From a virus: a stretch of DNA of 64,000 nt. The notes under the pieces were generated by a model. That model did no database searches and was not told where the DNA came from. It worked only from the letters and a program-made list of their open reading frames with translations. Every line of letters starts with the position of its first letter. Positions within the stretch are counted from its first letter, which is position 1. Below, piece by piece: positions 24,767 to 34,553 of the stretch. The stretch covers positions 45,594 to 109,593 of IMG/VR virus record IMGVR_UViG_3300009082_000018. The stretch is one strand, 5' to 3'. A program made the position numbers and the translations under genes.

Positions 24767-25897
24767 TCACCCTCCGAAGACCTTTGCTTCACTGTACTTT
24801 TCCTTCACCACAGCGACTAGTTCTCGGTAGCGAGGATGAGGAATGATCTTGTCCTGGAACCCAGCCCAGCCTTGGAAGTTGATGTCTTCGTCGTTCCACT
24901 TGATCCAGCTCTTGCTCTTCTCAAAGATCTTCATTCGCACAGCCTGCTCAAAGACTGTGTAATCCTCCGAGAAGCCATGGTTGCCGAGGCATGGAACTTG
25001 GACTTTGCGAAGCACGGGGCCCATCTTGTTCTTCAAAATGTGGACCCAGTTGCGGTGCCCAATCACATCCTTCTCGTCGTCCTCCTCAGCACCAGCTGCA
25101 CCACCTTCCTTGATCGGAGAACCCTTGATGAGCCTGATGCGGAGCGATGCGCAGAACTGCACCTTCTCACCACCATAGCTCTGCCATGGATCACCGTACT
25201 TGACGTTGATGTCTCGGTAGAGGTGGTTGACGAAGACCAGAGCGATCTTCTCCTTGGCGATGAGAGCCATGGCCTTCTGCAGATTCTTGCCCACCACCTT
25301 GGCAGCCTCAGCATAGAAATGGGCGTCGGTGGCGGCCTCGAGCTGTGCCCGGGTCGGGGTGCCTCCAAGAGAGTCCCAGCCGATGAGTACGGGGACTTTG
25401 GCCTGCTTGTCCTTGATCGTGTGGATGAGGTAGATAGCCTTCTCGAAGACGTCTTCGATGCAGTCGCTCTGGAAGAGCACAAGGTGGCTGAGATTGACAC
25501 CCAGCTGGCTCCAGTAGCCGAGGTCCAGGGCCTGTTCCGTGTCTCCCACGCAGGCGATACCACCCATTCGCTGCGTCGACGCCACAGCGTGACCAAGAAG
25601 CGTTGTCTTGCCGCTGCCATTCCTGCCGGCGATCTCAGTCAGTCGCCCGAACGGAATGCCTCCCGGGATGTTGGGATTGCCGGCGGCGATGGCGTGGTCG
25701 ATCACGAAGTTGTTGCAACTGGCCCACGCATCGACCTTGCAGAGCACGGTGTCCGCCTCAGGAGTAATGGCAGCGCCTTTCCCGAACTTATCCTCCATGC
25801 CCTTGACAGCAAAAGTGACCAGATCGATGGCAGGATTGTTCTTCGCTGTAGCGGGTTGCCGAACAGGTGGCTTCTTCCCTGGAGGCGTCTTCGGCAT
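24767..25897 (-). CDS. recA: RecA/UvsX recombinase
   Basis: GGIPFGRLTEIAGRNGSGKTT, DTEQALD, WDSLG, GGEKVQF, KNKM. Confidence 0.92.
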   Translation of the reverse strand: MPKTPPGKKPPVRQPATAKNNPAIDLVTFAVKGMEDKFGKGAAITPEADTVLCKVDAWASCNNFVIDHAIAAGNPNIPGGIPFGRLTEIAGRNGSGKTTLLGHAVASTQRMGGIACVGDTEQALDLGYWSQLGVNLSHLVLFQSDCIEDVFEKAIYLIHTIKDKQAKVPVLIGWDSLGGTPTRAQLEAATDAHFYAEAAKVVGKNLQKAMALIAKEKIALVFVNHLYRDINVKYGDPWQSYGGEKVQFCASLRIRLIKGSPIKEGGAAGAEEDDEKDVIGHRNWVHILKNKMGPVLRKVQVPCLGNHGFSEDYTVFEQAVRMKIFEKSKSWIKWNDEDINFQGWAGFQDKIIPHPRYRELVAVVKEKYSEAKVFGG

Positions 25898-25900
25898 GAT

Positions 25901-26287
25901 CTACTCTTTCTCTTCGAGTACCTTGCGTTCCTTGGCAAGATCTCGATCGTTGGCAGCCTGAGAGCTGAAGCCCTTCCCGTAACGAGCGGCGAGCTTGTTG
26001 TGGTTGATCTGCATGATCTCTTCGAAGGAGCGGTCGAGGACATCAGAGGCTATGCCAATGTACCAGAAAAGATCTCCCAGCTCCTCGACGAGGTTGGTCT
26101 TGTCGAACTCCTTGCCGTAGAAGATGTGCTTCTTCACAGCATCAAGGAACTCTCCAGCCTCGGTGACCAACCCCATGGCTGCATGCAGCAGGCGGATGGT
26201 TCGAACCGTAGTGGCACGAGTGGCAATGTCTGCCATGTCACGCGACTCGGTGACGAGAACTCCTTGGACGTAGTCTTTGGGATTCAC
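25901..26287 (-). CDS. MazG-like nucleotide pyrophosphohydrolase
   Basis: GLVTEAGEFLDAVKK, EELGDLFWY, NHNKLAARY. Confidence 0.9.
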   Translation of the reverse strand: MNPKDYVQGVLVTESRDMADIATRATTVRTIRLLHAAMGLVTEAGEFLDAVKKHIFYGKEFDKTNLVEELGDLFWYIGIASDVLDRSFEEIMQINHNKLAARYGKGFSSQAANDRDLAKERKVLEEKE

Positions 26288-26485
26288 CTACTCCTCCGGA
26301 TCCTCTAGCACGATCTTTGGCATGTGCCGATCTTTGATCGTGCTCATCTTGGCCGCCTTGGCGTTCTTGGCTGCCTGGATGATGACGGCTTGGACTTCCT
26401 CGCTGAGCTTGTCGCAGAACTCGAGGGAGGTGCGAAGACCGGCGGCCTTGGCCATGGCTTTGATCTTCGAAACAACGACCAACAT
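26288..26485 (-). CDS. Bacterial-type histone-fold protein (Bd0055-like)
   Basis: LVVVSKIK...RTS.E...LS...AKNAKAAKMSTIKDRH resembles Bdellovibrio histone pattern; AGGAG SD. Confidence 0.75.
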   Translation of the reverse strand: MLVVVSKIKAMAKAAGLRTSLEFCDKLSEEVQAVIIQAAKNAKAAKMSTIKDRHMPKIVLEDPEE

Positions 26486-26502
26486 GGTTGACTCCTTTCA
26501 AG

Positions 26503-26555
26503 AAAAATGGGGGGCGGGATCGCGAGGAGGGCATCCACGATCTCCCGCCCCCCAT
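26503..26555 (-). terminator. GC-rich hairpin plus T tract after SSB gene
   Basis: ATGGGGGGCGGGA...TCCCGCCCCCCAT-TTTT on minus strand. Confidence 0.6.
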
Positions 26556-26605
26556 CCCAGCTAACAGCAGGTCACGAGGGGGGTCGCTCCTGCTGATGGG
26601 CTGCG

Positions 26606-27991
26606 CTACTTCCTCCCCTTGACTGCGCTCTTCATCTGGCGCTCCAGCTCGTCGACGTCACCGTCACCCTCGTCCTTGGGTGCCGGCTTGCCAGGAGCCT
26701 TCCCAGGGGCCTTCCCAGGGGCCGGCTTGCCAGGAGGCTTCCCGGGTGCCTTCTTCGCCTTGGCGGCGGCCTCAGCAGCGTCCAGAGCTGCAATGCGTTC
26801 ACCACAGCGCTTGAAGAGGGGGCAGTTCTGGGAGCAGTTCTCGTCGTCCTCGTCCCTCTGACGCGCTGCGCCATAGCACTGCACGTAGACAGAGGTGCCG
26901 TTGGTGTCCTGGACTGCGATGTTCTGCTTGTCCTCGATCTGGTCATCCGTGAGCTTGTCGAAGTCGAGGAAGCCCTCGTCATCGACCGGCGGCCAGTCCT
27001 CATCCTTCTTGGTGGGCGGCTTCTTGCCTGGAGGGGCCTTGGCGGCAGGCTTGGTAGCGGGCTTCTCCGGCTCGGCCTCAGCTTCTTCTTCAGCTTCTTC
27101 CTCGGCAGAGGTCTCTTCCTCTACTTCCTCCTCGGAGGTCTCTTCCTCGTCCTCCGACTCCTCCTGTGCCTTCTTGGCGGCGGCGAGTTTGTTGGCCTTG
27201 TCCTTGTTTCCAGTCTTCTTGGCTTCGAGCTTCTTGACCTCTTCCGGATCGACTCCTTCCAGGATCGCCTTCAGCTCGGCACCCGTCTTGAGCTGCATGA
27301 TGTTGTCGAGGCTGTGCAGCTTGGGCTCGTCATCCGGCACCGGGGCCCTCGTCGACTCCTGCTCGATGCGGCAGCGGTACTTGGTGTTGATCCCATCACC
27401 CTCGCGAGTGAGAAGCACACTGCGACCCTCGTCGAGATCGGTGATGTCGATCACGTCAGTGTAGTAGTCCAGCAGCTCCTTGAAGACGCCAGAGCCGAAG
27501 CTGTAGACCTGGATCTTGGGATCGCCTTCAGCGGGGAGGTTGTTCTCCTCCACGCCAGCAGCCTGTAGCTCCTCGATCTCATCAGCGGTCCACGTCTGGT
27601 CCTTGAGATCGATGATGTTGGCGTAGACCCGCATTTTGGCCTTGATCTGCTTGGCCAACTCGAGGTCCGCCGGATCACCGGACTTGCGAAGCCGCTCGAC
27701 CTCTTCACAGATCGGGCAGGGCTGGTTGTTGGCCTCGGGAGTCTTGGCGAGGCAAGCCACGCTCTGCTTGTTGTCGTCGTCGGGGCCGATCCCCCAGTGT
27801 ACCCAGACCTCCCGCCACCACTGATAGGCGTTGTGCCCCTCACCGGTCCAAGGTGGCATTACTCTGATCTTGTTCTTGCCCTTCTTGGGCTTCCACCACT
27901 TGAGGGTGCCGAAGGTGCCGAAGCTTGCTGCTCGTGCAGCTTCTTCTGCCGCCTTCTTTTGGGCTTTCGCCATGTCAGCTTTCAGAGCCAT
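26606..27991 (-). CDS. gp32-like single-stranded DNA-binding protein
   Basis: WWKPKKGKNKIRVMPP, HWG, C..CPICE, REGDGINTKY, acidic and K/P-rich tail. Confidence 0.8.
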   Translation of the reverse strand: MALKADMAKAQKKAAEEAARAASFGTFGTLKWWKPKKGKNKIRVMPPWTGEGHNAYQWWREVWVHWGIGPDDDNKQSVACLAKTPEANNQPCPICEEVERLRKSGDPADLELAKQIKAKMRVYANIIDLKDQTWTADEIEELQAAGVEENNLPAEGDPKIQVYSFGSGVFKELLDYYTDVIDITDLDEGRSVLLTREGDGINTKYRCRIEQESTRAPVPDDEPKLHSLDNIMQLKTGAELKAILEGVDPEEVKKLEAKKTGNKDKANKLAAAKKAQEESEDEEETSEEEVEEETSAEEEAEEEAEAEPEKPATKPAAKAPPGKKPPTKKDEDWPPVDDEGFLDFDKLTDDQIEDKQNIAVQDTNGTSVYVQCYGAARQRDEDDENCSQNCPLFKRCGERIAALDAAEAAAKAKKAPGKPPGKPAPGKAPGKAPGKPAPKDEGDGDVDELERQMKSAVKGRK

Positions 27992-28031
27992 TTCGATCTC
28001 CTTTGGGTTACCTGCTCAGCGGCAGATTGGG

Positions 28032-28673
28032 TTACTGGGGCCTCTTCATGGGAGGCTTGCGTGCTGGAGGGGTAGTGGTTGACTCTTCCTGGGCCTTGCT
28101 AGCCATCTCAGCCTTGCTCTTGCGCTCTTCCTTCCGTCGTTCACGCTCCTCTGCGTAGCGAGCTGCCTTCTCGCGGGCGGCTTCTTTCAGGATAATTGGA
28201 TCAGCCTGTCCCTCTGTCCGGTAGTTGGCGCCCAGCTGCAGCAGCATGTCTCGCCGCTGGTTCATTGCCATCATGCCAGCGGTAGCGAGCCCTGCCTGCT
28301 TCTTGGCGTTGTTGTATCGGGACAGCAGCTCTTGGTACTCAGTGGAGGTGGTGACTTCGTTCTCGACCATCTTCTCGGTGTACTTGATCGGAACCTGCTT
28401 ATTGGTCTTGGCATCGACGGCAGCGATCTGTGCCTTGGTCCTGACCTTGTGGTCGAGTCGAGCGTAGAGAACGTCCAGCTCCGACTTGATCTGATTGACC
28501 TGATCCTTTGCGTGCTCGGTCAGGAACGCCCACCAGGCATACTTCTCAGCCTGGCCCAGGAACTCTTGATCCAGGTTCCCGTTGTCGATCTGAACATCGT
28601 CAGCGATTGGGTTGCCCCAGTCTCTGTCGTTGACTTGGAGTGGTGTTGCGAGCCCGTTGAAGTCTTTGTCCAT
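28032..28673 (-). CDS. UvsY-like recombination mediator
   Basis: IDNGNLDQEF..Q..KYAWW, TEKMVENEV, AMNQRRDML; lies between pol and SSB. Confidence 0.6.
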   Translation of the reverse strand: MDKDFNGLATPLQVNDRDWGNPIADDVQIDNGNLDQEFLGQAEKYAWWAFLTEHAKDQVNQIKSELDVLYARLDHKVRTKAQIAAVDAKTNKQVPIKYTEKMVENEVTTSTEYQELLSRYNNAKKQAGLATAGMMAMNQRRDMLLQLGANYRTEGQADPIILKEAAREKAARYAEERERRKEERKSKAEMASKAQEESTTTPPARKPPMKRPQ

Positions 28674-28736
28674 CGTGTCCCCTTTGCCCTTTATACAGGC
28701 GAGGTGGGTCTTACTGGACAATCGGCCATGTCGATT

Positions 28737-30746
28737 TCACATGTGGAGGGCTTTTTTCCCTGCCCAAGAATCACGGGCATAGGAGACCTCGGCGATGATG
28801 GGAATCGAGAAGTTCCAGTCTTCCATAGTCTTTACGATTGGGTTGAGGACCGGCAACTCGTTCTTGTGGATGTAGAACACCAATTCGTCGTGGATCGTCA
28901 TGACGAGCCGAGATCTCATCCCGCGCAGGATGTCGCCGACCCGGACCATGGCCACCTTGAACAGGTCAGCGCAGGTTCCCTGAATCAGGAAATTGACCGC
29001 TTGTCGCTGGCAGCGCTCGCGCTCCCACTTCTCCAGCCTTGGGTTGTTCAACTCCTCGAACCGGCGGTAGCGACCGAAGTAGTTCTGGACGTACTTGTCT
29101 GTCAGAACTAGGCCAGACGTTCTGATGATCCACCGCTTAAGCTGCCGGAGCTTGGCGAAGTACTGGTCGATGAACTTCTGACACTGATCTTTGGCGAACT
29201 GCCTCTTGGGGGAGCTGATCTTAGCCCGCAGGTTTTCGGCGCCGCCACCGTAGATCACAAGGAAGTTGGTTGTCTTGGCTACCTTTCGAAGGAGGGACAC
29301 TTCCTCGAACTTGGGATGGGCGTTGTCGTCCAAGATCTTCAGAACTTCATCGTAGTCGTAGCCGAACACCTCGCAGAGGGTGTTGGTGTGAACGTCACGC
29401 TTGGTGACATTGTAGCAGTCGAGGAGTACTGGATCTTGGCTGTAGTGAGCTGTCAGTCGGACCTCGACCTGCGAGTAGTCAATGAAGACCATGATGTATC
29501 CGTCTGGGCAGACGAAAGCCTTTCGGATCGTCTTGGTCTTCGCAGGTATGTTCTGCAAATTGGGACCTTGGCTCGACATGCGGCCCGTGGTCACATTTTG
29601 GTTGTAGGTGCAATGAAGGTAGTCGTTGGGATCGAGCTTGCTGAGGATGTTCTCAACGTAGGTGCTCTTGAGCTTCTTGGTCTGTCGGAAGTGAAGAATA
29701 TCCTCGCACACATCGTACTTGATAGCGAGTTTCTCCATGACCTCGACGTCGAGGCTGATCTTCCCTTTGTCTGTCTTCTTCGTGAGTGGAATCTTCAGAC
29801 GCTGAAAAGCTTTGGCCAGCTCATCGTTGGAAGCGAGGTTGATCTGTGCCCCAAGCTTTTTCAGTGCTGACTCTTCGTACTTCTTGGCTTCAGCCTCGAG
29901 GTCCGGTCCTGCTTTCTCAAGGTACTGGCGGCTGATGTACACCCCCCTGTGTTCCATCTCGAGGAGAACCCAGAGCAGTTGGCTCTCCATGAGGTAGAGG
30001 TTGCGCAGATCTTCATTCTCGGCCACTTTGGGCATCTTCTTCTTCCAGAGAGCCCAGGTGTAGTGGGTGTCTGACGCCGAATAGGGCGTCATCATGTTGA
30101 TCGGGACCATCCCGTAATGGACATTCTTCTTCTTGCGCATCAGCGTGCGCTTGGGATTGGTCGGCGTTGGCGCAGGGATTTTCTCGCGACCCTTTTTGGT
30201 GCGGAAATCGTCGATCGCCACTTCCCACATGTCACAATTGGGATCAATCTCCTGCTTGGACAGTTCCTTCAACTCGGCAGAGCCAGTCTCTCTGAGCAGC
30301 TTGTGCTGAATCAGAACGTCGTGGACCACTCCTCGAGGTGTGATCCCTTCGTTCAGGTAGAAGTGAAGATCGAACTTGGCGTTGAACCAAATTGTGATCA
30401 AGTCTTCTTGATCGAAGAATTCCTTCAGGTCATCGATGATGTCTTCGATCTTTAGCTGCTGCTCTCCGGTCTCGTGCCGAACAGGGATGTAGTAGCTGTT
30501 CTCTGCACCCCAACTGAAACTGACGCCTACGATGTGGCCGCCAGAGAAATCCAGGCTGTTGGTCTCTGTGTCGCAGGCCACCTGCTTTCGTGTCATGAGC
30601 TGCTTGTGGAAGTGCTTCCACAGTGGCATGGTGTCGATCAGGGTGTAGACTCCCCCTGCCACACCTTTCCATGTCCTAGCTTTCAGCGGATCATTCAGTC
30701 CGATGGGTGTGATCACAAAGGCTCCTGCTGTCTTGCCAGGCCACAC
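28737..30746 (-). CDS. polA: Family A DNA polymerase with 3'-5' exonuclease
   Basis: DTET, NAKFD, TTGRMSSQGPNLQNIP, DYSQVEVR, AKTTNFLVIYG, NFLIQGTCAD, TIHDE. Confidence 0.95.
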   Translation of the reverse strand: MWPGKTAGAFVITPIGLNDPLKARTWKGVAGGVYTLIDTMPLWKHFHKQLMTRKQVACDTETNSLDFSGGHIVGVSFSWGAENSYYIPVRHETGEQQLKIEDIIDDLKEFFDQEDLITIWFNAKFDLHFYLNEGITPRGVVHDVLIQHKLLRETGSAELKELSKQEIDPNCDMWEVAIDDFRTKKGREKIPAPTPTNPKRTLMRKKKNVHYGMVPINMMTPYSASDTHYTWALWKKKMPKVAENEDLRNLYLMESQLLWVLLEMEHRGVYISRQYLEKAGPDLEAEAKKYEESALKKLGAQINLASNDELAKAFQRLKIPLTKKTDKGKISLDVEVMEKLAIKYDVCEDILHFRQTKKLKSTYVENILSKLDPNDYLHCTYNQNVTTGRMSSQGPNLQNIPAKTKTIRKAFVCPDGYIMVFIDYSQVEVRLTAHYSQDPVLLDCYNVTKRDVHTNTLCEVFGYDYDEVLKILDDNAHPKFEEVSLLRKVAKTTNFLVIYGGGAENLRAKISSPKRQFAKDQCQKFIDQYFAKLRQLKRWIIRTSGLVLTDKYVQNYFGRYRRFEELNNPRLEKWERERCQRQAVNFLIQGTCADLFKVAMVRVGDILRGMRSRLVMTIHDELVFYIHKNELPVLNPIVKTMEDWNFSIPIIAEVSYARDSWAGKKALHM

Positions 30747-31006
30747 AGTTCTTGTGCCTTCTCAGAGGCGATTCGATCGAGAGGCGGAATCATCAGGAAG
30801 AGCACAGCCTGCTTGTTCCACAGGCTCATGTTGTGCCACTCAACGTAGAGGGCGTCGAGGCAGTAGAAGGGTCTGCCATCGTATAAGGGTCTGCCATCTA
30901 CGAGACCGTTGGCGTGCATCCAGAACCGTACGAAAAACGGGTCCCCCTGGAAAAGGACTCGCTGGACGAACTCCTCACACCTTCGACGATCGTAGTCTAC
31001 GCTCAC
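30713..31006 (-). CDS. Hypothetical protein
   Basis: ORF with GGAG SD. Confidence 0.5.
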   Translation of the reverse strand: MSVDYDRRRCEEFVQRVLFQGDPFFVRFWMHANGLVDGRPLYDGRPFYCLDALYVEWHNMSLWNKQAVLFLMIPPLDRIASEKAQELCGLARQQEPL

Positions 31007-31018
31007 TTCATTCTCCGT

Positions 31019-31300
31019 TCACAGCTTCACTCCACGCTTGCCAGCGTAGTCTTTCACACGCTCGAGGTTGTCCTTGAAGCTGGCACGAGAGTGATCTTCG
31101 CTCCTCTTCTTGAGCATGGCGTTACGAACTTCTGGGTCGTTGCTCTGGAGGTAGGCACTGCCTCCGACGATGCGAACGAACTTGGTGCTCTTGCACTTGG
31201 GGCATGCCGTGTCGTCGGCGTCAGGTTCTGCCTTGCTGTTCTTGAGCCAAATTGTACGGACGTGTCCACACTCACACTGCACGTCGACGACGAACGGCAT
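31019..31300 (-). CDS. FmdB-like zinc-ribbon protein
   Basis: CECGH...CPKCKS. Confidence 0.7.
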   Translation of the reverse strand: MPFVVDVQCECGHVRTIWLKNSKAEPDADDTACPKCKSTKFVRIVGGSAYLQSNDPEVRNAMLKKRSEDHSRASFKDNLERVKDYAGKRGVKL

Positions 31301-31312
31301 GTGACCCTCCTG

Positions 31313-31735
31313 CTAGAGATTCGTGAACGTGGGTGCAGGACGAGCGCTAGTGTTCTTGCGCTCCTGATCTTCGATCTTGAAGATCTGCTTGTTCTTGTCG
31401 TTGATTTGCTTCTGCAGATCCTTGTTCTTCTGAGCGAACCTCTTCTCCTCGGCCTTCATGTCCTTCTCGAGAGCCCTGGCAGCGTCAACCAGCTGCCGGC
31501 AGAGGAACAGGTATTGCGAGGCATCGACCTGGATGCCAGCTGCTTTGAGGGACTTCTGGAAGCTCTTCAGCTCCGTCTTGCAGCCTTCCATGACGTCCCA
31601 GTTGGGGTAGAAGTCAGGGACATCTGGGAGATCGTACATCTGGTTTTCCAGATCATCGATCTCTTTCTGCAGTTTCTGGACCGGGGACAGCTCCTTCTTG
31701 CCGTTCTTCTTGCCCGCCTTGGCCTTGGTAGCCAT
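31313..31735 (-). CDS. Hypothetical coiled-coil protein
   Basis: ORF with AGGAG SD. Confidence 0.65.
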   Translation of the reverse strand: MATKAKAGKKNGKKELSPVQKLQKEIDDLENQMYDLPDVPDFYPNWDVMEGCKTELKSFQKSLKAAGIQVDASQYLFLCRQLVDAARALEKDMKAEEKRFAQKNKDLQKQINDKNKQIFKIEDQERKNTSARPAPTFTNL

Positions 31736-31744
31736 GATGATCTC

Positions 31745-32233
31745 CTATCTTGTGCTCTTCTGCATGTTGGACCGAATCTCTCGGTCACGTTCAGACTTCT
31801 CTTGCTTTCGTTTCTCTGGAGACTTGTAGCTGTCTTTCTTCTTGTCTCGTTCCGTCTTTCCTGTTCGATGAGTTCTGCTACCGTTGCCGGCCTCTCCAGA
31901 CAATCGCTTCTCCCAGTCCTCCTGGTCACGTTTGCGCCTGGATTCGAACTCCTGACGCATGCGAGCGTCTTCGACGTCTGCCTCTGGAACCACCTGGGTC
32001 AGACCTGAGATCAGATCTTTGGCTGCTGCCACGGAGAAGAACATGACCTTCTTCCCAAGATCGCATCGGATTGAAACGAACTCGCGGCTCAGCTTACCGT
32101 CGTCTCGTCTCCTCTGTTGAACCAGAGCCGCGATCTTCACGGTAGGTTCTTCCTCCGGACCAACAGAAGTCTCCTTGATGGTGCGGACAACAGTATAGGG
32201 CGAGCCAACTCTCGAGGCAGCAGTATCTTCCAT
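31745..32233 (-). CDS. Hypothetical protein
   Basis: ORF from MEDTAAS. Confidence 0.6.
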   Translation of the reverse strand: MEDTAASRVGSPYTVVRTIKETSVGPEEEPTVKIAALVQQRRRDDGKLSREFVSIRCDLGKKVMFFSVAAAKDLISGLTQVVPEADVEDARMRQEFESRRKRDQEDWEKRLSGEAGNGSRTHRTGKTERDKKKDSYKSPEKRKQEKSERDREIRSNMQKSTR

Positions 32234-32264
32234 GACGATCTCCCAGGTTGTCAGGCAGAGTAGA

Positions 32265-32939
32265 TCAGTTGGTGTCGGTCTCGACCTCAGCACGCTCACG
32301 AGCCTGCTCGGCCTTGTCCTTGACAGCCTGCTTGGCTGCCCGCTTCTTGGCCTCCTCGGCTTTCTTCTTGCCCACCCCGTTGTGCTTGCGGGCATCAGCC
32401 GTCTTGACGGCCTTCTTCATGGAGACCTTCTTCACCTTCTTGTCAGCGGGCTTGGCCTTGGCAGTCTTCTTGGCAGCAGGCTTGGCCTTGGCAGTCTTCT
32501 TGGTCTTCGCAGCGGACTTGGCCTTGGCAGTTGTTTTCTTCTTGCCGCCGCCCTCCTTGGCCTCCTTCTCCCGCTTCTTGCGAGCCGCTTCCTTCTCCTC
32601 GTCAGTCATCGGCTTGCGACCACGCTTGGTGCCGAAGGACTTGGTGGCCTCTTTGCCATCCTTGACCCACCGCTTGCCGGTCGTGGTCAGCTTGTAAGTG
32701 CCATAGGCTGACTTCTCAGCCCAGCCGTCACGAATCAACCGGCGGATGCTGTTGCGGACCATGCTCTGGGCCATGGCGTCGACTTCCTCTTCGCCCCAGC
32801 CCTTCTCGTAGGTCTCCTTGCAACGCTCGGTGGCGTCCTTGGCGAACTTCTTCTTCATCTCAGCGATGTTGTGAACTTCACCGTCTGAGAGCACGTCGTA
32901 GCACTTCTGTTCCTTGGAGTTGAAACCCTTGATCTTCAT
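32265..32939 (-). CDS. Winged-helix-like protein with histone H1-like K/A-rich tail
   Basis: VRNSIRRLIRDGWAEK..GTYKLT; KKTAKAKPAA repeats. Confidence 0.7.
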   Translation of the reverse strand: MKIKGFNSKEQKCYDVLSDGEVHNIAEMKKKFAKDATERCKETYEKGWGEEEVDAMAQSMVRNSIRRLIRDGWAEKSAYGTYKLTTTGKRWVKDGKEATKSFGTKRGRKPMTDEEKEAARKKREKEAKEGGGKKKTTAKAKSAAKTKKTAKAKPAAKKTAKAKPADKKVKKVSMKKAVKTADARKHNGVGKKKAEEAKKRAAKQAVKDKAEQARERAEVETDTN

Positions 32940-33874
32940 TGACCCTTCTCCTGTTCTTGGTCCGCCATTGGCATGATCCCTAGATGCTCAAACACCTCGG
33001 CAAAACGATCAACTTGCGCCTTTCGATGGATGTAGACTCGGTGTGGGTAGAACCTGTACCGCTTGCGCAGCATGCCTTGAGGAGGATGCTCGATCTTCAG
33101 TGTGGGCACGACCTTTAGGACCGCTTTCGCGAGGTCGCCTGAGATATCCATCCATCCGCCGCCAGGCGCTGTCATCCACAAGCGCAAAAAGTGAAAACCA
33201 TCTCTAAAGAACTGATGGTAGTTTGATCGCCTTGATACCATAACTCCAGAACCAAAGCGATCCCTAAATTGCTTTGGCGCAAGTTCTAGATCTTCTTTGG
33301 TTTTTACCGAAGGGAACATCCAGGAATCAGGTAGAGCAGGAGGGCTCCCAAGCAGTTCCCAGATCAATGTTGCCAACTTGTCGATCGGCCTTCCTTGGTC
33401 TACGTAGGGGAAGCGGGTGTACTTCCTAACCTTCACCTTGATCTTCTTACGCTTGTTCTTGCCTATGGTCTGAGGTGGGATCTCCTGGGTGTCCTGGTAG
33501 GACGCAGGTGACTCTTCCTTCTTCTGCTCTACGCCCAAAGCTCTGGTGTAGACCAACTCACACAGCGATCTCAGATCACAGTCCCACTGGTCACAGATTC
33601 CGCCCACGTCTGTGTCGTTCTCGGTGGCGATCACAGAGTCGATGAACCAGTTGCGACCGAAGCATGGGGCTCGTTCAATGGTGTCACGTACCGCCGGACT
33701 TTGCGAAGCTTTGAGCTTGGCGATCTCTTCGATGAACGGATCGATGGACATGGGTTCCGGCTCTGGACGAGGCTCTTCGAACTCGTCACCGTCATCATCG
33801 ATCTTCTTCTTTGGTTGCTTGAAGCCCATGGCGTGGTGGGTAAGCATGGGCATGGTGTCGTCTTTGTCGGTCAT
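32936..33874 (-). CDS. Hypothetical protein
   Basis: Long ORF, Cys cluster. Confidence 0.65.
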   Translation of the reverse strand: MTDKDDTMPMLTHHAMGFKQPKKKIDDDGDEFEEPRPEPEPMSIDPFIEEIAKLKASQSPAVRDTIERAPCFGRNWFIDSVIATENDTDVGGICDQWDCDLRSLCELVYTRALGVEQKKEESPASYQDTQEIPPQTIGKNKRKKIKVKVRKYTRFPYVDQGRPIDKLATLIWELLGSPPALPDSWMFPSVKTKEDLELAPKQFRDRFGSGVMVSRRSNYHQFFRDGFHFLRLWMTAPGGGWMDISGDLAKAVLKVVPTLKIEHPPQGMLRKRYRFYPHRVYIHRKAQVDRFAEVFEHLGIMPMADQEQEKGQ

Positions 33875-33880
33875 CAGGAG

Positions 33881-34261
33881 TTACCGCTTTTCTGTGGTCT
33901 TAGTCCGCTCGTGTCTAATGATATTGTGCGCTACATTGAGCCTATCATGTGCGATGGTCAGGTTCATCATGTGGAGATCGAAAATGTCTTGTACCTGGTC
34001 CGGGGTCAAGTCACCACATTGGGCAAGCCCCAGGTAGGGAGTGGGCGCAAAGTGCATGGGCTCAAACCTTGTGCGGTCCACGACTGTGAACTCGATCGGC
34101 AGGTCACCGTCTGGGTCCTTGTCGAATTTGGCCTCGATCAGAGCATCGATGATGCCACAGAGCTGCGGCACATCCGTAGGCTGGACCTCAGCCCATCCTC
34201 CTTTGCTTTTGCGTTTCTGGGCCAAGAACCTGTCGATCTTGGTGAGAAGACTCTTATTCAT
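33881..34261 (-). CDS. Hypothetical protein
   Basis: ORF. Confidence 0.6.
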   Translation of the reverse strand: MNKSLLTKIDRFLAQKRKSKGGWAEVQPTDVPQLCGIIDALIEAKFDKDPDGDLPIEFTVVDRTRFEPMHFAPTPYLGLAQCGDLTPDQVQDIFDLHMMNLTIAHDRLNVAHNIIRHERTKTTEKR

Positions 34262-34310
34262 TTCTTGATCTCCTCTGGCCAGGCACCTTTTCCCACTTCA
34301 AGCTCATGGT

Positions 34311-34553
34311 TCACCAATCCTGATCTTGGTCGCAAGGAGTTCCCACATCGATGTCCAGAGTCCCATTCTTGATCGTGGCCCAGAAGTACGCCTTGGGCCT
34401 CTCCCCCAGAGCCTTCACCAACGCTTCGGGTGGGTTGAAGAATTGCGTGAAGGTTCGATCCTCATCGTAGATATAGAACCCAGGGTCCTTCCCTTCCTTC
34501 CAGTCAGAGGAAAAGAGAGGCTGCTGGACCTTCACGATGAATCGCTTGCTCAT
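34311..34553 (-). CDS. Hypothetical protein
   Basis: ORF from MSKRFIVKVQ. Confidence 0.6.
   Translation of the reverse strand: MSKRFIVKVQQPLFSSDWKEGKDPGFYIYDEDRTFTQFFNPPEALVKALGERPKAYFWATIKNGTLDIDVGTPCDQDQDW

Noticed and set aside
11277-26287. Modified-base pathway (for example dZ) inferred from kinases, MazG and ThyX
   Set aside because: No PurZ, hydroxymethylase or 7-deazaguanine genes seen; ordinary dNTP supply explains these genes
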